A DNA stretch of 64,000 nucleotides from contig OX597822.1 of NCBI GenBank assembly GCA_951406725.2, positions 108,872,001-108,936,000 on the forward strand. The letters run 5' to 3'. The DNA is from Octopus vulgaris. Lineage: Eukaryota. The number at the start of each line of letters is the position of its first letter. Position 1 is the first letter of the stretch. This document shows positions 53,602-64,000 of the stretch, one piece after another. A program made the position numbers and the translations under genes. A model generated the notes under the pieces. That model was not told the origin of the DNA. It worked only from the letters and a program-made list of their open reading frames with translations, and made no database searches.

Positions 53602-54610
53602 ATATTTCATCCAACTCTCGTTGTACTCTGACAACTTGCTTGCTACAGTATGTTTGTAGGAGTACCCATTCGTCTGTCTTTATGGCATCAGTGGAGTGCT
53701 TTATCGCTTCTTTGTTTGTGAATCGCAACTTCACTGTGCCAAACCTTCCTCCTCTTGTTATAAACGTGATGACCTTTTTATCTTCCTTTAAACACTTCTC
53801 AATGTCATCCATCGTAGCTATTTCTATTTACCTTGTCGATACCTTCAGTGTTTTGTATATCACTGTCTTTTTCTAAACTCGATTTGTTAAGTCAACTGGA
53901 GGCCTTCAGTTAAGTTTGTGGCCTTCCTTTTCCAATAGCTTTCCGGTTTCTTTCAGCTTTCTTGGCTCAATTCTAACTTCCCGAACTTACAAAGTTTCTT
54001 CTTCTGTTCCTATACCAGTTGTAGCCGCATAATTGTGGCTATTTGCTGGTCCAGTTTACATTTCACTTTTTCTCTCCGGCTCTCCCATAACTAGGAAGAA
54101 AAAACACAATTCGACAAAAACTCGTTATTAAAACAATTTCAACAAGTAACAAATGTGGTACACCTACGAGGGGAGATCTTTAACAATTATAACAATATCA
54201 CACTTACATCAACGGAATCGTAAAGATATCAAAAAAACACAGCCCCCCCCTCTAAATGTTCGTTGACCCACCAACCTCCGAACCTCGTGTCTTACTGGCT
54301 ATCACGTCCACTATTTATACGTAATCGACTAGCCTACTTTTCGTCTGGGGGTATCTACACAACAAAAGGAACAATAATGATTTCTGCTAAATGTACAAGC
54401 TAGACATTTTGGGGAATTACATCAACCCCAGTATTTCACGGGTACCTGATTTATCGACTCCGAAATGATGAAAGACAACGTTGACCGCGGTAGTAATTTT
54501 AACTCCTAACATAACCGGACGAAATGCTACCAAACATTTTGCCTGGAGTGCTATCGATTCTGCCAACTCTTAACTACTACTACTACTACTACTACTACTA
54601 ATACTACTAC

Positions 54611-54662
<52 letters not shown>

Positions 54663-55586
54663 CCGATAAAATATAAAGATCAGAGGTAGAAAGCTTGACG
54701 TGTGAAGTAAAACCAAAACATGGGAAAAATATAATAATTGGTATCTTATGGTATGTGATTCTTTGGTTCATATATCTTTTATAACTATTCGTATCTCACA
54801 AACATGAAAATATCACAAATTTCTTTTAATATCCAGCCACAAAATAACCATAATTTAGAGTTAACTGTCCATGCTAAAAGAACAGATAATTTCAGATGAT
54901 ACGTATTTAAAACCAAAAATTAAAAAAAAGAAAGAAATGATGGCTTTGGCCACGGATTTAGAAGTTTTAGTGAAAGAATACATAATGAAAAACAGAAATA
55001 CGAAGTAGAATAAACCCCCAAAGCAAACAGACAACATAAATATATGCATTAAAATTTGTAAACATTGAGAACATAAATCATGAAATTGACGTTGTTCATG
55101 GAAAACTAATAAAATTATTAGAAACGCAGAAATAGCAAACGTCAGCATTGTATAGAATATCGACCAGCAAAAGCTAAACTAGAACAAACCCTTGGGAAAT
55201 ATAAACTCAAATGAATATGCAAAAGACAAATTTCTGTAAAATGTTAAACATGGAAAGTTTGAATTTTACAGTAAGTTAAATGTGTTCATTTTTGGAGTTA
55301 CCAAAAGTTCTCCCAAAGAAAGCATCTATATAAAATAGGTATTGATGAAATAGCAACGCAAATATAAAGACTACTAACTGGGCTGTCAGAAATATTGGTA
55401 AAGATATTCCCATGTGTGTTCTGAGCATGGAAACAGGTAAAGTGCACATATGCATACTTAACATAATGTCTGACAACTTTTTAATCAATTCGAATTATAT
55501 CATTAATTCGGGCAGATATTATTAGCGTGTTAATGAAGTTTACTATTCGTGTGGTGAGGTAGAAATAAGATTGTAAAAATAAGACA

Positions 55587-56222
55587 AAGGCGTCGAGCTG
55601 GCAGAAACGTTAGCACGCCGGGAGAAATGGCTAGCGGTATTTTCTCTGCCGCTACGTTCTGAGTTCAAATTCCGCCGACGTCGACTTTGCCTTTCATCCT
55701 TTCGGGGTCGATAAATTAAGTACCAGTTACGCACTGAGATCGATGTAATCGATTTAATACCTATATCTGTCCTTGTTTGTCCCCTCTATGTTTAGCCCCT
55801 TGTGGGTAGTAAAGAAATAGGTATTTCGTCTGCCGCTACGTTCTGAGTTCAAATTCCGCCGAGGTCGACTTTGCCTTTCATCCTTTCGAGATTGATTAAA
55901 TAAGTACCAGTTACGCACTGGGGTCGATATAATCGACTTAATCCCTTTCTCTGTCCTTGTTTGTCCCCTCTATGTTTAGCTCCTTGTGGGCAATATAGAA
56001 ATAAGAAACGTTAGCACGCCGGGCAAAATGCTTAGCAGTATTTCATCTGCCGTTACACCCTGGGTTCAAATTACGCAGAGGTCGACTTTGCCTTTCATTT
56101 TCGGGGTCGATAAATTAAGTACTAGTTACGTACTGGGTTCGATGTGATCGACTTAATCCGTTTGTCTGTCCTTGTTTGTCCCCTCTATGTTTAGCCCCTT
56201 GTGGGTAATAAAGAAATAAGAA
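55587..56222 (+). mobile_element. SINE family A head-to-tail trimer, each unit ending in a Tx1-like tail
   Basis: Units 55587-55820, 55821-56005 and 56006-56222 each end TGTCCTTGTTTGTCCCCTCTATGTTTAGC(C/T)CCTTGTGGG...AGAAATA. Confidence 0.9.
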
Positions 56223-56939
56223 ATACGATTTAAGTGAATAAAATTTCGAGCTATGCAAGTGTGCATACAGTTCTATGTTTGGTGGCTATAATGCCAATTC
56301 CGGATTTGTTATGGTGTTAATGGGCGTTGCCATCGAAGCATATTCAACAGACGACAGCTATTAAACTGCAGAATATCTCCAAATTTATCTACTCATCATC
56401 TGAAAATAATTCATTCATTAACTCCTTTGAAATAATGACATTTATAATGCTATTCAATCTTTAATATACACAAGAACATGTCAATTAATATATGTAATAG
56501 CCACAATAGATAGCGTATATTCTCGTATAAGATCATTTAAACCGGAAAACCAACATAGAAAAACAAAAAAAACAAAAGATGGAGAAAGGAAACATAAAAT
56601 AAGAAGTTATTAAAGCGATTCAAAATAAAAATAATAAAAATATAAACAATGACCGAAATCATAGACCGCCTTCAACAAAGACTCTCTGCATTCAAAGCTG
56701 GAATTTATCTGTTGATTCATTAAATATAATGATGGGTAATATAGAATCGCTAATAATAAACAGGTGAATCGAACGTTATATTGACTAAAAATAGAAATGT
56801 TACTATCGAAATAACAACAGGAATAGCATAAACGTAAAAAAAACTATACCAACCTATTTAACCTACCCTGCAAAATTTATAACACACACACATTTATGTG
56901 TGTGTGCATGTACGTGTTTGTTATGTGTGAGGGTATGTA

Positions 56940-57130
56940 CTCTTTTACTCTGTGACCATGCTTCAAGCACCGTCTTTAGTCGAGCTAATCGACCCCAGGA
57001 CTTATTCTTTGGAAGCCTATTACTCATTCTATCTCTCTCTTTTGCCGAATCGCTAAGTTACGGGGACGTAAATACACCAGCATCCATTGTCAAGCGATGC
57101 TGGGGGGGGGGGGACAAACACAGACACAAA
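56940..57130 (-). mobile_element. SINE family C, 3' half
   Basis: Matches 31630-31830. Confidence 0.8.
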
Positions 57131-58784
57131 CATACACACACACACTCACATGTATGTATACACACACATGTATGTATATATTCCTTGCTACATTGTATTC
57201 AATGCATTATTAATTGCGATCTAAGTAAATAACGTTATATTGCGCAATAACATGACACTTCTGTAGCTATCATTGGCAAATTATATTTTGAGGTGGGGGG
57301 GAAATGTATTCAACCGATACTAAATGAGAAACTAAAAGGATTAATTAAAAATGGAAATCTGAGAAACCATATTTAATTAATGCAAGCTTTCTACCGCATG
57401 AAGTTTCAGTTCTTCTTTCTAGGCCATCATTTTGTTTGTTTACAACATACCTGTTTGTTTTCTTAGGTAATTCCTTATTTTGTGTTGTTTTACATTCATT
57501 GTTTATCACAATATTATATGCATTTTTATTGATAACATGTTTTAAATTATACTCAATATATACACATCTAATGCCACATGACATGATCTCCACAATTTAG
57601 AGAATCAAGGGCCTGTGATTCTCTAAAATATTACGTAAAATATTACCTGTTGATATAAAGTATCTGAGGCACATTTGTAAATACGAATAATAATAAGCAT
57701 TATGAGAAATTAATTACTCAAGCAATTTTTTTCTTATTTCATTAAACCTTAATTGAGATCTAACATAATTACAAACTGTAGCACGGCAATGCGGAAACTC
57801 TCTACATGAAAGTTGTGTGGTTTAGAATGTGTTTTTCTGATGTAAAACAAATAACTGTAATAATACAGTCCCTTTACATGAGAAATCTAGTAGCTCTATA
57901 TAATTTCATCTGAAACTTATTTTGTTTTGCTATTCACAGAGTGATAATGCCAACAAACGGTTGATTAAGAAACCAGTTTCTTAAGTTTAGAAACAGGAAA
58001 TATATGAAAAGCAAAACAAATACTGGAATACAATTATCCGCAAAAAAAATTACTTGGGCATTTTCCAAAATGCAATACGTGTATTCTGATAATTAAGTTG
58101 TCGACGGTTATAATTATTTTTTTTATAATCATCCATTGCTGACAGTAAAAAGTAACAACTTCGTGATATCTTTAAAAGTTGAATTAGGTGCACAGTTTTC
58201 CACTGTAACATCTTCCTAATACTTTTTAAAATGGTTGAGGTCTCTTGTTCAATTCACAGATATTTATGTTCAAGATTTTTAAAGAATAATTAAGTATTAA
58301 ACCACAAGTCAGACGAAGAAGATTTTTTTCCAATATACCAGATATAGCCATGTTAGAGACATCAGATTGAAATATAAATATTTCAGATTTTGAGACAACG
58401 TATTAGTGTGATTTTCAAGAGTTTCTCTGAATACTGTGAAATTTTGCCTGGATTAATTTGAAAACATCCCAAGTAATCACTGAAGCGATTACTTCTATTA
58501 ATGTAATGACCATTACTTTACATTATTTACAATTGACGGATATTCTTTCTATCATCATCTCTGGTTATTTTCGTAAGTAATGAAGGTATCCTCTCTTTGA
58601 TAACGTAATTCCTCATCTCTTGAATATAGAACTGAATGATCATTACGTTATGAAGTTATACCTCATAAATTTTGCTTCCTAGAAAAATCGCTCACATATT
58701 GCATTACACACGTGAGATGTCTTATTAAAATTGATAATATCGATTACTCTCCACAGTACTCAATCCACACTTATTGGTTTTGTA

Positions 58785-58990
58785 TTTTAGCACAAGGCCA
58801 GCAATTTCGGGGGAAGTGTATAAGTCAATCACATTGACTCCGGCATTCAAATAATATATATATTTTATCGACCTTGACAGAATGAAAGGCAAAGTCGTCC
58901 TCAGCAGCATTTGATATTAGAATGTTAAGTCGGAAGTATTACTGTTATGCACTTTTAGTTCTGCGTTAACGATTCTGTCAGATCGCCGCA
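58785..58990 (-). mobile_element. SINE family A, diverged
   Basis: ATGAAAGGCAAAGTCG core and TAACGATTCTG head. Confidence 0.75.
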
Positions 58991-59625
58991 GCAGTTAGAT
59001 CCGGACATATTAATATCATGAATACAATCAAATACTAACAGGATTAACAATAAAAACGATATAAATTATAGTTAAAATACACATAGCATTCTGTCTTTTA
59101 CAGAACAAATATACTTTCATATTAGTTTAGAGAGACGTAAACAGCCGATCATTAATTTGAAGAAGTACTTTATAATTACGGTGTTTTAATTAAACACAGT
59201 CGGGAAAAAATGTATTTTGCGTTGATATTTAAGTTGAAACAATATACAAAGAATATACAAATCATATAAGTTGTTTGATAAACTGTGAAAAATATATCAC
59301 AAGTATTTATGACGTTCAACAACTAAATACTAGATAGTCGATGTAGACGAACTGGCATCTAATATACGAATAAAATTTCGTTAAATCCACTTTCTGTAAA
59401 TACATAGTGTATCGTTTTCAATATATAATCAGCTAGGACTAACAATGGATTTACAACATTTATTAAGATTTTTAAGAATTTAAAGTGGTTCTAAAAGCAT
59501 GAGGACAAGGCACACACTAAGAATGAAGATACAGACCCATGATGCTTGATATCCGTATTTTTATTAAGACGAATTCAAAGTATGAAAGCCTGTGGCAACA
59601 ATAAAACTACCGAATATACTCTTTT

Positions 59626-60030
59626 TTTCTCTTTTACTCCTTTTAATCATTTGACTGAGGCCATGCTTGATCACTGCATTTAGTCGAGTAAATCGCCCCC
59701 AGGACTTATTCTTTGGAAGCCTAGTACTTATTCTATCGGTCTCTTTTGTCGAACCGCTAAGTTACAAAGACGTAAACACACCAGCATCGGTTTTCAAGCG
59801 ATGTTGGGGGGACAAACACAGACACACAAACATATACACACACATACATACATATATACATATATACGACGGGCTTCTTTCAGTTTCCGTCTACCAAATC
59901 AACTCACAAGGCTTTGGTCGGCCCGGGGCTATAGTAGAAGACACTTGCCCAAGATTACACGCAGCGGTATTGAACACGGCACCATGTGGTTGGTAAGCAA
60001 GCTGCTTACCACACACCCACTCCTGCGCCT
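59626..60030 (-). mobile_element. SINE family C, full length
   Basis: Reverse complement of 29661-30081. Confidence 0.9.
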
Positions 60031-60902
60031 CCTCCGTGAATTTTTGAAAAATTTGTTGTTATGATAAATATTGCCTTGAAGACTAACAACACAAAAAGTA
60101 AAACCAACGTAATTTGATGTACGTAGAAAACATTAACTATTGAATTAAATTTAATAAACAATTAAACATTAATGGGTATAGAGTTGCTGGGGAGATATTG
60201 TGATCTTCCTGAATAAATTAAAGTGTCAACATCGTTCCCATTTATTGTAATCGAAACGATTGATTTTTCAGCTGGATCAGAGACAGCTACTAATGTTATA
60301 AAAATGGCACATGGTGAATTATTGTTATTAGATCGGAATAGCTTTGTGCAACGACACTTTTTTCCACATGAATGATATAGAGATTCCCTTTCAAAGTAAT
60401 CCTGTCATTTATCAATCTTACCATTATTGAAAGCATCAATAATCATTCCTGATAAGAGCCAAATGAAGTGAATCATAATGACATTGATCACGTTTAAAAG
60501 CCTCTCGTTCAGAATCAACAGGATAGGATGTTGATTGTAACTTATAGCGAATAAAATTCATCTAGGAATGTAGCAATGCTGCGGATTATTTTATTGTACC
60601 ATCATACAAGAATCCACTGTTTTGAAGTGTTCCTTGGTATAGAACGTTCTACTATAAAACTGTAGTAATATTATTTCACTCACGTAAGACTTCTTTCAAT
60701 ATTCAGTTTCAGATACTACTTTAAAACAACAATTTTGCAAAGAAGGATAATACCTGTAATGGATTTTGATGTAATGGATTCTGATGAGTATTTGGTAAGA
60801 AATAGAAATTATTTCGTTTAATGGTAGGAAATCCAGTTTGAGGCTTCATATAATGAAATTCCATTGAAACTTTCTTCTACAAGTATAGTTTGTGAGAATG
60901 TA

Positions 60903-61059
<157 letters not shown>

Positions 61060-61066
61060 CACACAG

Positions 61067-61124
<58 letters not shown>

Positions 61125-61306
61125 GCATACACATATATTGACACATTGTTTATACAGAAATAACGGCTTCACAAATATAAAGGGAACCGTAACTTTAAAA
61201 GCAACTATCATTTTTTCTTTCTAAAAGTAATATAGTTTAAATGTATACTACGTTAAGTATAATGCTACGTCAACTCTCACTAAATGTTTCCCTCTTTACA
61301 CACGTG

Positions 61307-61400
<94 letters not shown>

Positions 61401-61619
61401 CACTGGTAATCACTCGGCAATGTCTCTGGCTTGTACTGTGATCAAATATATTCATAAAGCGCGTATTAGTGTCTACCGTAATTCCCAATTTCCTTAAAAT
61501 AAACTGTTAAAAAGTACTTGAAAATTACATAACAAATTTTAAAAAATTACCTGAAATATCTAAATATAGAAATAAATAAAGAAAATCAAAGAAAACATTA
61601 TACTGAATATAAAACATTT

Positions 61620-62860
61620 ACGGGTCTTGAGTACGTACAACGTATCTAACTTCTTTCTTTGGAGCATAGTTGAAGAGTTTCCAGGTGCTTCCTACTCACG
61701 AAGAACCTACATAGAATTGGCCATGTGAAAGACAGCTCTCTTCTAGATGGAGACCGACAAACTGCAGTGTCCATGTGAGTGACAGCTCTCTTCTAGATGG
61801 AGAACGAGTAATTGTAGTGTTTAATCTTGGGACTTGTTGATGGTCATTGCGTAACTGATGTTCACTCAGATTTACAATCGTTGCAAACGAAACGGGACAT
61901 CTGTTGGTATTAGCAATATTCTAGTTATAAATACGACGGGTCCCTTACCACGTCCAGAGGGGATTTGGCTTCGATAATGAGAGGCTGTATTTCAGTCACA
62001 AACATACCCATTCCACAGCACAATCTTGGCAGATCTATGTTTCTGAGAAGCATGATGACTGCATTCATCTTCAATTCAAGGCTGAGAGACGGCATAACAG
62101 TTGACTCCAGGTTGTCAAGAAATTCAATGGGATAATGTACAGTATCGTACTGTTCTACAGCTTTACGTATAGATTTACAGCTCTGGGCATCTGGGATCGT
62201 TTGTGAAAGATGTTCATTGATGGCCTTCACTGCAATGTTTTGGGGGCTACGACTAATCTTTCACACAGCCTCTCATCGTTGGGTTGGTGGATTTCAAAAT
62301 CGGTCAACACTTGATTAACTAATATATCAATGCTTTCCCTAATAGCTCAAACTCATGAAGGATCAATACATCCTTCAGTATCAAGGGATACATTACCGTC
62401 ACCAAGTTTCAGAAGCTTCTGATCAAAATCTGCGAGAACTTGATGCTGTGCCCGCATGTTATTTCTTAAGCTGAGTTTACTATGTGGCTATAAAGTTGCC
62501 GATTTCACGGAAAAGCCAGAAGGATCTGCGCATTTCCCCTTTGATATATCAAATGAAGTTTGATCGAATTTCCCAGAAAACTACCGTGATTATTCCGATG
62601 CTTGTAGTGCTGTTTATGAATAACATTCGGTGTTCTATCCAAGGGCTCCAATGTGTGTTTGTGCGCTGTTGTACATTCATCCTCCCAAATTGTCATACAT
62701 ATTTGCCATACTAGGGCATCTCCTGAATTTATCTTTAAAAGAAACATGGACATTTCATTCCAAATTGAGGGATGAATTAACAGCTGAATGAACTGCTCGA
62801 TTTCCATGTAAATTTGTAGCGCCAATTTCAGATGAAGCTACCACACACTCAAATTCATTT
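61620..62860 (-). mobile_element. Helitron RepHel relic, PIF1-family helicase domain (pseudogene)
   Basis: VASSEIGAT..HS, DECTTAHKHTLEPLDRT, LSLRNNMRA..LLKLGDG, YPIEFLDNLE..MP..LELK..IMLLRNIDLPRLC, YAMTINKSQ, HGQFYVGSS. Contains a 50-bp tandem duplication at 61721-61820. Confidence 0.85.
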
Positions 62861-63389
62861 TCCAAATAAAATGTCCATAACATGTCCATAGCATGTCATA
62901 TGTCACAATCAATGAAAAAAACACCCCAATAAATAAACACAAATAATTACCAACTCTAAGTACTGTTAGTTGTGATCAACGTACAAACATCCTTTTTTTA
63001 TAAGTAAAGAGTCTACACTTCATATACATACATGCATACTTGTATAGACACACACACACACATATACACTTTTACTCATCTATCTGTATACACATAATTA
63101 AATCCACATATATACTTCTATATATGTGTATACATATACATATGTGTGTGTCTCTGTGTGTATACATGCATACATACAGATATAGGCGCAGTCATGGCTG
63201 TACGTAGGTGCAGGCGTGGCTATGTCATAGGTGAGGCGTGGGTATGTGGCGAGAAGATTGATTCACAAACACACAGATACGGGTTCAGCTTCACGGCGTG
63301 GCAACTTGGGCAAATGTCTTCTACTAAAGCCTGGGGCCGAACAAAGCATTGAGTGGATTTGGTAGGTAGACACTGAAGGAAACCCGTCG

Positions 63390-63432
<43 letters not shown>

Positions 63433-63629
63433 ATATATATTCTTTTATTCTTTTATTTGTTTCGGTTATTTGATTGCGGCCATGCGGGAATACCGCCTTT
63501 AGTCGAACAAATTTACTACAGGACTTCTTCATGGGGAGGGGGGCAAACACAGATACAAACACATTTTCCGTAGATAGCAGGAACTCCATAGTGGCTGATG
63601 AGGTAGCAGCATTAATAAAACATTGAGAG

Positions 63630-63736
63630 AAAAATAGATTTTATTTAGTACGACGCATGTTTCCACCCGTTGTAGGTCTCTTCGGCTACATAAATGAATA
63701 AAAAATAAAAAAGTAGCACTGGAGATTAAGTTTTAC

Positions 63737-63740
<4 letters not shown>
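63630..63740 (-). mobile_element. Penelope-like terminus with degenerate hammerhead motif
   Basis: Minus 63689-63648 reads GTAG-CCGAAGA-GACC(TACAACG)GGTG-GAAA-CATGCG-TC-GTAC, then AATAAA; adjacent to (TA)n. Confidence 0.4.
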
Positions 63741-63771
<31 letters not shown>

Positions 63772-64000
63772 AATCTATGTATGTGTGCATGTATGTATGT
63801 ACGTATATGTTTGTGTGTGCGTGTCTCTGCCCGTGTGTGAGTGTGTGTGAGTGTGTGCGTGTGTGTGAAACTGAGAAACTAAATCGAAACCACAATCTTA
63901 CGATCATGATGCTGACACTCTAACCATTAAGCCACATACCTCCACCTTTTTATTAATATATAGATAATATATGTGTGTGTGTTTTTGCTCGGCACCTCTC

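Larger units (their letters stand above)
51654..54273 (-). mobile_element. ORF1-only non-LTR retroposon (L1/Tx1-like zinc-knuckle ORF1 pseudogene, no ORF2) with 20-bp TSD
   Basis: TSD ACCTCCGAACCTCGT(A/G)TCTT at 51634-51653 and 54274-54293. 3' end AATAAAA abuts the TSD. ATG at 54088; FITRGGRFGTVKLRF; CYLCGQKVHIKARC (CX2CX4HX4C); K/E-rich tail. Confidence 0.7.
51535..54359 (-). mobile_element. Gypsy 5' LTR (about 185 bp: 54359-54294 plus 51653-51535) split by a retroposon insertion
   Basis: Rejoined minus-strand sequence starts TGTAGATA, contains TATAAATA, and ends TATGACA directly before the PBS. Confidence 0.6.
55450..60850 (-). mobile_element. Ancient, heavily decayed Ty3/Gypsy internal region (gag-PR-RT-RH-INT) interrupted by SINEs
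   Basis: Collinear motif remnants: SCGKK..KLFRS (about 60350), ITINGNDVDTLIYSG (about 60230), CKSIVSPS*LY..ILDASSS..YLVV (59456-59318), LLGMFS..ISQYSEK (about 58450), FQSDVSNMAISGILE (about 58350), EHKYL*IEQETSTILKSIRK (about 58250), ISTSPHE (about 55555). Boundaries are approximate. Confidence 0.6.

Noticed and set aside
54861-55488. Hydrophobic minus-strand ORFs resembling a membrane protein; plus-strand KTTNWAVR resembling a Crypton motif
   Set aside because: Hydrophobicity follows from T-richness, frames are broken, and a single short motif is insufficient.
55587-56222. Repeat array superficially like CRISPR
   Set aside because: Units are SINE copies of about 200 bp with no unique spacers or cas genes, in a eukaryotic context.
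57596-57627. 12-bp perfect hairpin TTTAGAGAATCA/TGATTCTCTAAA
   Set aside because: Short, AT-rich and inside the decayed Gypsy; no evidence of function.

Overview
AT-rich, repeat-saturated eukaryotic DNA. The SINE families and the (TA)n/(CATA)n/(ATCT)n/(TAA)n/(CA)n load strongly resemble an octopus (cephalopod) genome; this is inferred from recalled repeat families, not a database search. I find no convincing host protein-coding exon, and nearly all ORFs in the track are microsatellite or repeat artefacts, so the window looks like intergenic or large-intron DNA. It holds at least three tRNA-derived SINE families with swapped heads and tails; non-LTR fragments (R4/Dong, RTE, three CR1-group, L1/Tx1); a DD37D maT and a DD34D mariner relic; Tc1- and Tc2-type MITEs; an intact non-autonomous Helitron and a Helitron helicase relic; two Ty3/Gypsy relics; and several Penelope-like termini with minimal hammerhead-ribozyme motifs. 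The most notable structure is at 51654-54273: a TSD-flanked retroposon with a poly(A) signal that encodes only a zinc-knuckle ORF1 (no RT). It sits inside a Gypsy LTR and shares its 3' tail with tandem SINE multimers and with isolated tails in (ATCT)n tracts. All coordinates and alignments were read by eye.
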